Source: Dehalococcoides mccartyi
GTDB lineage: Bacteria; Chloroflexota; Dehalococcoidia; UBA2979
NCBI GenBank assembly: GCA_945865925.1
Contig: CAMBFG010000002.1
Location: forward strand, 12,421 to 76,420
Direction of reading: 5' to 3'
DNA length: 64,000 nt
Shown here piece after piece: positions 56,653 through 64,000 of the stretch (position 1 is its first letter; the number at the start of each line of letters is the position of its first letter). A program made the translations under genes and the position numbers. The notes beneath the pieces are model-generated. The model did not search any database. It saw only the letters and a program-made list of their open reading frames with translations, and had not been told where the DNA came from.

Positions 56653-56943
56653 ATGCCCGACCGTCGTGTCCCCCGCGCCTTCAACCTCCCGTGGGGCTCC
56701 GGCCAGATCACGGAGGAGGCCCACATCGAGGGCGGCCTGCACCAGCCCGCGCTCCAACTGCTGAAGTACGAACTCGGCGAGAAGAAGGGCCAGACCGCGA
56801 TCCGCTTCGTCGCCTACGACGAGGAGGGCCACATGGAACAGCGCCCGCTGATCGTGAACGAGCGCGAGGTCGCCACCCTGCGCAAAGAGATCGCGCGATC
56901 GCCTCGTCTGAAGGCGCTGCTCAAGCGCCTCGTCGAGGACTAG
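56653..56943 (+). CDS. hypothetical small protein (96 aa)
   Basis: GGAGGTG RBS and very strong GC3 bias. No family recognised. Confidence 0.5.
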   Translation: MPDRRVPRAFNLPWGSGQITEEAHIEGGLHQPALQLLKYELGEKKGQTAIRFVAYDEEGHMEQRPLIVNEREVATLRKEIARSPRLKALLKRLVED

Positions 56944-57002
56944 CGGACACTCCAAGTCTTGAGAGGGCCGTGAGCAAGACAGCCCGCGGATGGAGTGTGC
57001 AG

Positions 57003-57539
57003 ATGGCGAAGCTCGTTTACGGATTGAACCTGTCACTGGACGGCTACGTTGACCATGACCATGAGGCATTTGCGCCCGATCCCGTGCTCTTTCGTCACTT
57101 CATCGAGCAAGTGCGCGGTCTGAGCGGCAGCGTGTACGGTCGCCGCATGTACGAGATCATGCGCTACTGGGACGAAGACCAGCCTGAGTGGACTCCCGAG
57201 GAGCACGACTTCGCGGCGGTGTGGCGTAACCAACCGAAGTGGGTCGTGTCACGCTCGTTGAAGTCAGTCGGCCCCAACGCCACACTTGTTCAGGATGACA
57301 TCGAGGCGGTGATACGCTGGCTGAAGGATGATCTCGCAGGCGAGATTGACGTTGGCGGACCAGACCTCGCGCAAAGCCTAACCGAGCTTGGTTTGATCGA
57401 TGAGTATCGACTCTACTTCTGCCCCGTCGTGCTTGGTCACGGCAAGCCATTCTTCGCGGGCCCCCGGCCGCCACTTCGCCTGGTGGCCAACGACTTAATC
57501 GGCGAGGACACGATCAGGTTGACGTACGTTCCTGCCTAG
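57003..57539 (+). CDS. dihydrofolate reductase-like (RibD C-terminal domain) family protein
   Basis: LNLSLDGYVDHDHEAF...LYFCPVVLGHGKPFF. GC content is visibly lower than in neighbouring genes. Confidence 0.65.
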   Translation: MAKLVYGLNLSLDGYVDHDHEAFAPDPVLFRHFIEQVRGLSGSVYGRRMYEIMRYWDEDQPEWTPEEHDFAAVWRNQPKWVVSRSLKSVGPNATLVQDDIEAVIRWLKDDLAGEIDVGGPDLAQSLTELGLIDEYRLYFCPVVLGHGKPFFAGPRPPLRLVANDLIGEDTIRLTYVPA

Positions 57540-57595
57540 TCACGCAATCCCCCGACAGATCACAGGTCGAATGTGAGTACGCGACCTAGCACCAC

Positions 57596-58372
57596 CTACA
57601 CCTTGACCGCGCCGGGCTCCGGCCCCGGCAGCGACACGATCGCCCCATTCACCGCCGGCTGCGCCACCAACCATGCGAGGGCTTCCGCCACATCGACCTG
57701 CGTCGGCTTGCGGTAGGCATCGAGGGTGTGTGTGCCGCGGATGGCGTCGAGCAGCACCTCAGGGGCCACGCGGGTGATCGGGCCGGGGGCCACGCCGTTC
57801 ACGGTGATGCCGTAGCGCGCCTCCTGCCTCGACAGGGTGCGGACGAGCCAGTGGCGCGCCGCCTTGCCGAGCGGGTAGTCGAGCGGGGCGTCCTCGGTCG
57901 AGGCGCGCCAGTCCTCGCTGTCGAAACCGCCGACGGTCGCGATGCGGCCCCAGCCAGCGGCGCGCATCGCGGGCAGGCAGGCGCGCGCGAGCAGGTAGAA
58001 CGCGTCCACCTCTTCGGCCATCGCGGCGCGCCAGTCCTCGGGCGGGATCGCGTCGAGCGGGCGCGGCTTCCAGACGGCGCCAGCGGAGACCACGAGGATC
58101 GAGGGCTCACCGAGCGTCCTTCGGACCTGGGCGAGCATTGCGTCGACTTCGGCGGCGTCGCCGGTGTCAGCGGTGACGGCGAGGGCGCGCCGGCCGAAGC
58201 CACGTACCTCCTCGGCGACCGCCTCGGCGGCCTCGCGGTTGCGATGGGTGTTCACGACGACATCGGCGCCGTCACGCGCGAAGGCGAGGGCGGTCGCATG
58301 GCCGACGCCGCGCCCCGCCGCGCCCGTCACGAGTGCGATCTGTCCGAGCAGCGGCGTCTCTGTCTTGGCCAT
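57596..58372 (-). CDS. SDR-family oxidoreductase
   Basis: VTGAAGRGVGHATA Rossmann motif. Confidence 0.75.
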   Translation of the reverse strand: MAKTETPLLGQIALVTGAAGRGVGHATALAFARDGADVVVNTHRNREAAEAVAEEVRGFGRRALAVTADTGDAAEVDAMLAQVRRTLGEPSILVVSAGAVWKPRPLDAIPPEDWRAAMAEEVDAFYLLARACLPAMRAAGWGRIATVGGFDSEDWRASTEDAPLDYPLGKAARHWLVRTLSRQEARYGITVNGVAPGPITRVAPEVLLDAIRGTHTLDAYRKPTQVDVAEALAWLVAQPAVNGAIVSLPGPEPGAVKV

Positions 58373-58383
58373 GCACCTATCGT

Positions 58384-58869
58384 ATGCGCGTGGCACTCAT
58401 CGACGACCTCACGAGAGACCTTGAGACGGCACGCACCGCGTTCCTGGCTGCCCTCGACGGGGTGACGCAGGAGCAGTTCGTCCGCCGCCCGCCTGGCGAG
58501 GTGGGGGAGGGCGAGGAGCGCTGGCCGATCCGCGACGTCTGCTGGCACCTCGGCCAGTACGACGACCTCCAGCGGCGGGTGATCCTCGCGGCGTCCGAGG
58601 GGCGAGCACTCCCCGCGAACGACCCGACGCACCGCCCGGCCTACCTCAACACCCCTGACCTCCTGTACGAGTGGCTGGCGCAGTCCCGTCGCGCCCTCGT
58701 CGTCCTTGCGTCACACCTCGACGAGGACACGCTCAACCGCGAGTTCGAGGGCGCTGCCGGACGCACGATGACCGCGCGCGGGATCCTGAAGTGGGTCGCG
58801 CAGCACGAGCGCAACCACATCGCGCAGGTGGAGACGCTGCGCGCGCTCCCACCCGCCGAGGAGCGCTGA
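58384..58869 (+). CDS. DinB-family (DinB_2) protein
   Basis: WHLGQYDD...HERNHIAQV His triad typical of DinB_2. Confidence 0.6.
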   Translation: MRVALIDDLTRDLETARTAFLAALDGVTQEQFVRRPPGEVGEGEERWPIRDVCWHLGQYDDLQRRVILAASEGRALPANDPTHRPAYLNTPDLLYEWLAQSRRALVVLASHLDEDTLNREFEGAAGRTMTARGILKWVAQHERNHIAQVETLRALPPAEER

Positions 58870-58973
58870 GGCGGCCAGGGGTCCTCGCTGCTCTCCTGAC
58901 CGCTGCTGGTGTCATTGCCGCCCGTGCGCTGGGACGACGCCCGGCGTAGCGTGGGCCCCGCAGGAGGCCGCGC

Positions 58974-59615
58974 ATGAGCCCTCGACGTCCACCGCCAGAA
59001 GCCGCGCCCTCGCTCGCCACGGAGATCGAGGGATACCGACGCGACCCGAAGTTCCGCGCGATGCTGCGCGGGCAGGAGTTCCGCTTCACGACGGCGTGGG
59101 GCCTGTTCTCCCCGCGTGAGGTCGACCTCGGCTCGGCGCTGCTGATCGAGCACCTCGATGCGGCGGGTGTGGCAGAGGACGACGACACCATCGACATCGG
59201 CTGCGGGTACGGCGCGATCGGACTCGTGCTCGCCTCGATGGCGCCGAAAGGCGAGACGTGGCTGCTCGACAAGGACTTCGTCGCGGTCGAGCGCGCGCGC
59301 CTGAACGCCGAGGCGAACCGGCTCACCAACGTGACCACGATGCTCTCGAACGGCCTCAGCGCCGTCCCGCGCGGACGGCTGTTCGATGTCGCCACCGCCA
59401 ACCTGCCCGCGAAGGCGGGGAATGAGATGCTGACGCTGATCCTCGCGGACGCCCACGCGCACCTGAAGCCGGGCGGGCGGCTGACCGTCGTGACGACGAA
59501 CGCGCTCCGCCGGTTCATCGAGCGGATGTTCGACGAACTCTTCGGCAACTCGGAGAAGGTGAAGCAGGGCCGCCTGCACACGGTCACGATGGCCGTGAAG
59601 CCGCCGAGGGAGTAG
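58974..59615 (+). CDS. class I SAM-dependent methyltransferase (MTS / RsmC-like small-domain)
   Basis: Motif I DIGCGYGAIG and motif IV ATANLPAKAG. Confidence 0.7.
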   Translation: MSPRRPPPEAAPSLATEIEGYRRDPKFRAMLRGQEFRFTTAWGLFSPREVDLGSALLIEHLDAAGVAEDDDTIDIGCGYGAIGLVLASMAPKGETWLLDKDFVAVERARLNAEANRLTNVTTMLSNGLSAVPRGRLFDVATANLPAKAGNEMLTLILADAHAHLKPGGRLTVVTTNALRRFIERMFDELFGNSEKVKQGRLHTVTMAVKPPRE

Positions 59616-59643
59616 CAGCGCCCGCCGCGCTAACATTCCACCC

Positions 59644-60462
59644 ATGCCACCAGCCCCAGACGTCCCGTCCACCGGCCCGCTCTACCCCAGCCTGCGAGGC
59701 AAGCGCGCCGTCGTCCTCGGCGGGTCGCGCGGCATCGGCCGGGCGATCGCGCTCCGCCTCGCGCGGGAGGGCTGCCACGTCTTCGTGAACTACGCGCGCT
59801 CCTCGGAGGCCGCAGAGAAGACTGCCGCCGACTGTCGCGCGATGGGCGTGGAGTCCGTGATCGCACAGGGCGACGTCGGCACGGCCGAGGAGATGGCCGT
59901 CGTGTTCAAAGCCGTCGAGGCGTGGGGCGGCTGCGACATCCTGGTAAACAACGCCGCGCGCGGCCTCGAACGGCCCCGCGCCGCCATCGACCAGCGTCCG
60001 AAGCATCTGCACAGCACGATGGACGTGAACGTCTTCGGCCCGTGGCAGGCCTCGCAACTTGCGGTGCCGATGATGGAGGCACGAGGCGGCGGGAGCATCG
60101 TGAACCTGCTCTCGCCGGGCGCGTTCCACTACATGCCGGACTACAGCGCCGTCGGCGTGACGAAGGCCGCGCTCGCCGCGCTGACGATGTACCTCGCGGT
60201 AGAGCTCGCCCCCCGCGGCATCCGCGTGAACGCCGTCTCCGCCGGTTGGGTCGAGGGCTCCGAGGGGGAGCACTCCCTGGGCAACGACACCAGCGAAAAG
60301 GTGCGCCCGCACGTCCCTTCCGGCCGCAACGTCCACGGCGAGGACATCGCCGCCGCCATCGTCTGGATCTGCTCGACGGAGGCCCCGATGCTCGTCGGCC
60401 AGACGATCCACCTCGATGGCGGCTTCGCCGATGGCGCCTGGCGCGCGGTGCTGGGGAACTAG
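59644..60462 (+). CDS. SDR-family oxidoreductase (3-oxoacyl-ACP reductase-like)
   Basis: GGSRGIGRAIA, NNAA, and Y-x3-K within the YSAVGVTKAA region. Confidence 0.8.
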   Translation: MPPAPDVPSTGPLYPSLRGKRAVVLGGSRGIGRAIALRLAREGCHVFVNYARSSEAAEKTAADCRAMGVESVIAQGDVGTAEEMAVVFKAVEAWGGCDILVNNAARGLERPRAAIDQRPKHLHSTMDVNVFGPWQASQLAVPMMEARGGGSIVNLLSPGAFHYMPDYSAVGVTKAALAALTMYLAVELAPRGIRVNAVSAGWVEGSEGEHSLGNDTSEKVRPHVPSGRNVHGEDIAAAIVWICSTEAPMLVGQTIHLDGGFADGAWRAVLGN

Positions 60463-60468
60463 TCGAGG

Positions 60469-60492
60469 AGCGCGGTCGGTAAGCGCACCGAC
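60469..60492 (+). terminator. 8-bp GC-rich hairpin (cggtcggt-aagcgc-accgaccg) after the SDR gene, followed by a T-containing tract
   Basis: Perfect inverted repeat seen in sequence. An inverted repeat GTTAT-N9-ATAAC follows at 60504-60522, upstream of the MFS gene. Confidence 0.35.
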
Positions 60493-60541
60493 CGTCACTC
60501 CGCCTGTTATATTCCTGTGATAACTCGATAAGGCCTCACCC

Positions 60542-61909
60542 ATGCGCGCGCCCTGGGCTCCAGCACCTCTCGCTACGGCACCCGCAGATGACGTTGAGGT
60601 TGCGCGACGCCGTGGGGTGCGGATGCCGTCCGTGCGGACGTTCGAGGCGCTGAACAGCCGCTCGTTCCGCTGGTTCTTCGTGGCGATGCTGGCGCAGTTC
60701 TCTTCCATGCACATGCAGATGCTCGTGAACCCATGGCTGGTGTTCGACATCACTGGGTCGTACGCGCGCGTCGGGGCGATTGCCCTCGCGAGCGCGATCC
60801 CGGGGTTGATCCTCGGGTTCCCGGGCGGCGTGGTGGCGGACCGGGCGCCGAAGAAGATCGTGGTGCAGATCGGGCAGACGGTAAACGCGTTCGGGACGCT
60901 CTCGATCGCGGTGCTGCTCACGCTCGACATGCTGACGTTCACGCACCTGATGCTCGTGTCCGCACTCCAGGGTGGCGTCTTCGCGATCATGGGGCCGGCG
61001 AGGCAGGCGCTCATCCCGGAGATCGTGGGGCCTCGACGGCTCTCGAACGCCATCGGGCTGAACATGGCGGGGATGAACGTCACGCGCATGGGCGTGCCGG
61101 CGCTCGGCGGATTCTTGCTGGCGTTTGTCGGGCCGGCGGCTGTGTTCTACGTGATGGCCGCACTCATCTTCATCGCCGTCATCGGACTGATCCCGGTGCA
61201 GAAGCACGTCCCAACCGCCGAGGACATCGAAGAGGAGCGGATCCTCGCGGCTGCCGCGGGCACGCTCCAGGTCGCGCCTCGTGCGCATGCTGGCCACGGT
61301 GGAAGCGGCGCTCGAGGGCTGGCGGACATCCGCGACGGTATCCGCTACATGAGCGGCGACCGCGTGGTGATGGCACTGCTGATGATCAACTTCTTCATCG
61401 TCCTGATGTCGATGCCTTACATGCAGATGCTGGCCGGCTTCGTGAAGGAAGTCCTGCACGGTGGGCCGGAGCAGATCGGGTTCCTCATCAGCATGACAGG
61501 CATCGGCGCCCTCGTCGGGTCACTCGTCGTGGCCTCCATGCCGAACCGAGGGCGCGGCAAGGTCTTCCTCGTGAGCGCGCTGATCCTCGGCGTGGCGCTC
61601 ATTGGCTTCGTGACGTCGACCTCGATCTGGCTGACAGCATTCATCATGCTGGCAGTCGGGTTCGGACAGGCTGGGCGCATGTCGCTCGGCAGCATCCTGA
61701 TCATGTCCTACACGAAGCCCGAGTTTCAGGGCCGCGTGATGAGCGTGTACATGATGGAGTTCAGCCTGGTCTCGTTCGGCACGTTCGCTGTCGGCATCCT
61801 CGCTGAGATGGTGGGCATCCAGTGGGCGATCGGCAGCACCGCCATCGCGCTCGTCCTCGTCTCGATCTACGGCCTGTTCCTCATGCCTCGGGTGCGTGAC
61901 CTCCCGTAG
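60542..61909 (+). CDS. MFS transporter
   Basis: Twelve predicted TM helices with MFS signature loops (GGVVADRAPKK). Confidence 0.8.
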   Translation: MRAPWAPAPLATAPADDVEVARRRGVRMPSVRTFEALNSRSFRWFFVAMLAQFSSMHMQMLVNPWLVFDITGSYARVGAIALASAIPGLILGFPGGVVADRAPKKIVVQIGQTVNAFGTLSIAVLLTLDMLTFTHLMLVSALQGGVFAIMGPARQALIPEIVGPRRLSNAIGLNMAGMNVTRMGVPALGGFLLAFVGPAAVFYVMAALIFIAVIGLIPVQKHVPTAEDIEEERILAAAAGTLQVAPRAHAGHGGSGARGLADIRDGIRYMSGDRVVMALLMINFFIVLMSMPYMQMLAGFVKEVLHGGPEQIGFLISMTGIGALVGSLVVASMPNRGRGKVFLVSALILGVALIGFVTSTSIWLTAFIMLAVGFGQAGRMSLGSILIMSYTKPEFQGRVMSVYMMEFSLVSFGTFAVGILAEMVGIQWAIGSTAIALVLVSIYGLFLMPRVRDLP

Positions 61910-61923
61910 GATCGACCACGTCG

Positions 61924-62571
61924 ATGGCGCTGACTCTCGCCAACCTCGTCGCGAATCGCACGCTCTCGCCGGAGATGGCGGCCACCCTCGCCGCCGCCGC
62001 TGAGGAACGCCACTCCATCCTGTTCGTGGCGATCCCTCGGATGGCGGGGAAGAGCACGTTGATGCAGGCGATGTTGCAGCACGCGCCAGCGGGCACCTCG
62101 TTCTATCGCCTGTCGAGGGCGGAGGGCCCCGACCTCGGCATCCCCGCGAGCGGAGACGGCGGTTACCTCGTGGTTTCCGAGATCTCCACCGCCCCGTACG
62201 CGGACTACCTCTGGGGCGCCGACGCCCGGCGCGTCTTTGCGGCGCTCGATCGTGAGTTCTCGCTGGCCACAGCGCTACACGCGGGTGGCGTGGACGAGGC
62301 TTTCGAGGTGCTCACGCAGGACAACGGCATCCCCGTCGAACAGGCCGCGCGTATCGACCTCGTCGTCTACGTACGCAGCATCGGTCCGTGGTCACGCCCC
62401 ACTCGCCGCGTGGTCTCCGAGGTCGCGGAGACCGACGGCATCGACCCTCGCGCGGCACGCGTATTGCATCGCTGGTCGGAGCCTGACGATCGGTTCGAGG
62501 TGATCAAACAGTCACAACGCATCGAAGTCGCAGCCATCGAGCGCTACCACAACGTGTTCACCGCGCCATGA
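61924..62571 (+). CDS. short CpaF/VirB11-like secretion-ATPase homologue with degenerate P-loop and His-box (215 aa)
   Basis: Collinear with the C-terminal half of CpaF/TadA: ILFVAIPRMAGKSTLMQAML in place of ILISGGTGSGKTTLLNALL, and LATALHAGG in place of the TIHAN motif. IDLVVYVRS...RRVVSEVAE is conserved. Confidence 0.45.
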   Translation: MALTLANLVANRTLSPEMAATLAAAAEERHSILFVAIPRMAGKSTLMQAMLQHAPAGTSFYRLSRAEGPDLGIPASGDGGYLVVSEISTAPYADYLWGADARRVFAALDREFSLATALHAGGVDEAFEVLTQDNGIPVEQAARIDLVVYVRSIGPWSRPTRRVVSEVAETDGIDPRAARVLHRWSEPDDRFEVIKQSQRIEVAAIERYHNVFTAP

Positions 62572-62580
62572 GCCCGCACC

Positions 62581-63480
62581 CTACCCCACCGCCTCGAGGG
62601 CTGCTTCCAGCGTGAGCGGGCGATGGCCAAGCGGGAAGCGACGGCTGGGGTCGGCGACCTGACGCTCGCGCAGCGTCTCCAGCAGGAGGCGCGTCTCGCG
62701 CCTCGGCAGGCGCGCGAGGCTCCACGCCAACTGCTCCTCGACACGCTCGCCCCAGCCGGGCATCGGCAGATAGGCACGGCGACGGCGGTGATGGGCGCGT
62801 CCCCACGCACGCGCCATCGTCCCGAAGGTGGCGCGTGTCGCACCGGTGAGGTCGTAGGTACGTCCAGCCATCTCGGTGTCGTCGATCGCGAGGCGGAGCG
62901 CCTCGACAATGTCCGCAAGGGCGACTGGCTCGACTTCGGTACGACGCCAGCGGAAGAGCGGCACCACGGGCGAGCGGTCGACGGTGCGACGCATCATCTC
63001 GAACAGCGTGCTGCCGCGCCCCACGATCAACGGAGCGCGCAATACGAGCCAAGAGAGGCCGCCCTGCCGCACCGCGAGTTCCGTGGCCCATCGCGCCACG
63101 AGGTGCTGCCCGCGCGCCTCGGGTGACGCACCCACGTGTCCGAGGTACACGACGCGTTTCACGCCGGCCGCACGCGCCGCGAGGAGCGCATTCTGCACAG
63201 CCTCGAGGTCGTTCGCGACCACGTCGCCCGGTGCGTCGAGCGTGTGGACGAGGTAGACGAGCGTGCGCACGCCGCGCATCGCCGCCTCCAGCCCGCGCCC
63301 GGTCGCGAGGTCGCCGGTGACGGCCTCGACGCCCTGGTCGCGCAGGCGGACCGCGTCGAACTCCCGCCGGACGAGGGCGCGGACCAGCCTCGGCTTCCCG
63401 TCAGGCGAGGGCTGCGCGCGCAACTCCTCGAGGAGTGCGGAGCCGACGAAGCCGCTCGCCCCGGCAATGAGGATGGTCAC
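62581..63480 (-). CDS. NAD(P)H-binding NmrA/atypical-SDR family protein
   Basis: MTILIAGASGFVGSAL Rossmann motif. Confidence 0.7.
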   Translation of the reverse strand: MTILIAGASGFVGSALLEELRAQPSPDGKPRLVRALVRREFDAVRLRDQGVEAVTGDLATGRGLEAAMRGVRTLVYLVHTLDAPGDVVANDLEAVQNALLAARAAGVKRVVYLGHVGASPEARGQHLVARWATELAVRQGGLSWLVLRAPLIVGRGSTLFEMMRRTVDRSPVVPLFRWRRTEVEPVALADIVEALRLAIDDTEMAGRTYDLTGATRATFGTMARAWGRAHHRRRRAYLPMPGWGERVEEQLAWSLARLPRRETRLLLETLRERQVADPSRRFPLGHRPLTLEAALEAVG

Positions 63481-63501
63481 TGTCCGGCCCTCAGGCCTCG
63501 C

Positions 63502-64000
63502 CTACCAGGTAATCGCGCCGCGCTCGGCGCCGGAGACGACACGCGCGTACTTCGCGAAGACGCCCTTCGTGTAGCGCGGCGGGCGAGGGACCCGCGCGGC
63601 GAGGCGGCGGGCGATCTCGTCGGCCGGGACGTCGAGGTCGAGGCGGCGGTTGTCGATGTCGATGACGATCGTGTCGCCCTCCTGGACGGCGCCGATTGGG
63701 CCGCCGGCCGCGGCCTCGGGTGCCACGTGGCCCGCCATGAGGCCGTGCGTCGCGCCAGAGAAGCGGCCGTCCGTCAGCAGCGCCACCTGCTCGCCGAGGC
63801 CGGCGCCGACAAGCGCCGAAGTCACGCCGAGCATCTCGCGCATACCGGGGCCACCCACCGGGCCCTCGTTGCGGATGACGACGACATCACCCGGCTTGAT
63901 CTGCTGCGCGAGCACGGCCGCCATCGCGTCCTGCTCGGCCTCGAAGACACGCGCGGGACCGCGGTGGATGCGGCGCTCTTCGCCCGCGATCTTTACCACG
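63502..64000 (-). CDS. ilvD: dihydroxy-acid dehydratase, C-terminal part (gene continues beyond window end)
   Basis: [29 protein letters not shown] is the IlvD C-terminal signature. Confidence 0.85.
   Translation of the reverse strand, partial: VVKIAGEERRIHRGPARVFEAEQDAMAAVLAQQIKPGDVVVIRNEGPVGGPGMREMLGVTSALVGAGLGEQVALLTDGRFSGATHGLMAGHVAPEAAAGGPIGAVQEGDTIVIDIDNRRLDLDVPADEIARRLAARVPRPPRYTKGVFAKYARVVSGAERGAITW

Noticed and set aside
1-64000. Mobile elements, integrases, CRISPR arrays, toxin-antitoxin or recognisable phage-defence genes
   Set aside because: No transposase or integrase catalytic motifs, terminal inverted repeats, repeat-spacer arrays or known defence-domain architectures were seen on either strand.

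Overview
High-GC (about 70%) chromosomal window, entirely coding-dense, with HemQ and several Tat-lipoproteins pointing to an Actinobacteria- or Chloroflexi-like organism. I found no tRNA or rRNA genes, no transposases or integrases, and no CRISPR array. The main blocks are: (a) a sulfur-assimilation locus with an Fe-S Rrf2 regulator, a DUF2292 gene, a NitT/TauT-type ABC importer, and a divergent 11-gene co-directional array sir-cysH-cysD-cysN-sirC-hemA-hemC-cobA/hemD-hemB-hemL. (b) A nitrate/nitrite assimilation block of nirA-nrtABC ending in a sulfite-oxidase-family molybdoenzyme gene rather than a canonical nitrate reductase. (c) A convergent membrane redox operon encoding a PT-rich secreted protein, ApbE, a ferric-reductase-like heme-b protein and a PQQ-propeller. 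(d) A two-component system followed by an AKR-AhbAB(siroheme decarboxylase)-HemQ operon, then cobD/cbiB. (e) glpK, Sua5, and an ABC importer whose permease is frameshifted and whose ATPase has every catalytic motif substituted. (f) An accessory and catabolic stretch with tandem CoA-transferase and aminotransferase paralogues, an M1 aminopeptidase, DinB/CinA/HAD hydrolases, an MFS transporter and a truncated CpaF-like P-loop protein. Notable sequence-level anomalies are a 33-bp in-frame tandem duplication in a CoA-transferase, a 13-bp x3 tandem repeat that frameshifts the glpK C-terminus, and two G-run indels in the ABC permease. Many long antisense ORFs in the six-frame track are high-GC artefacts.
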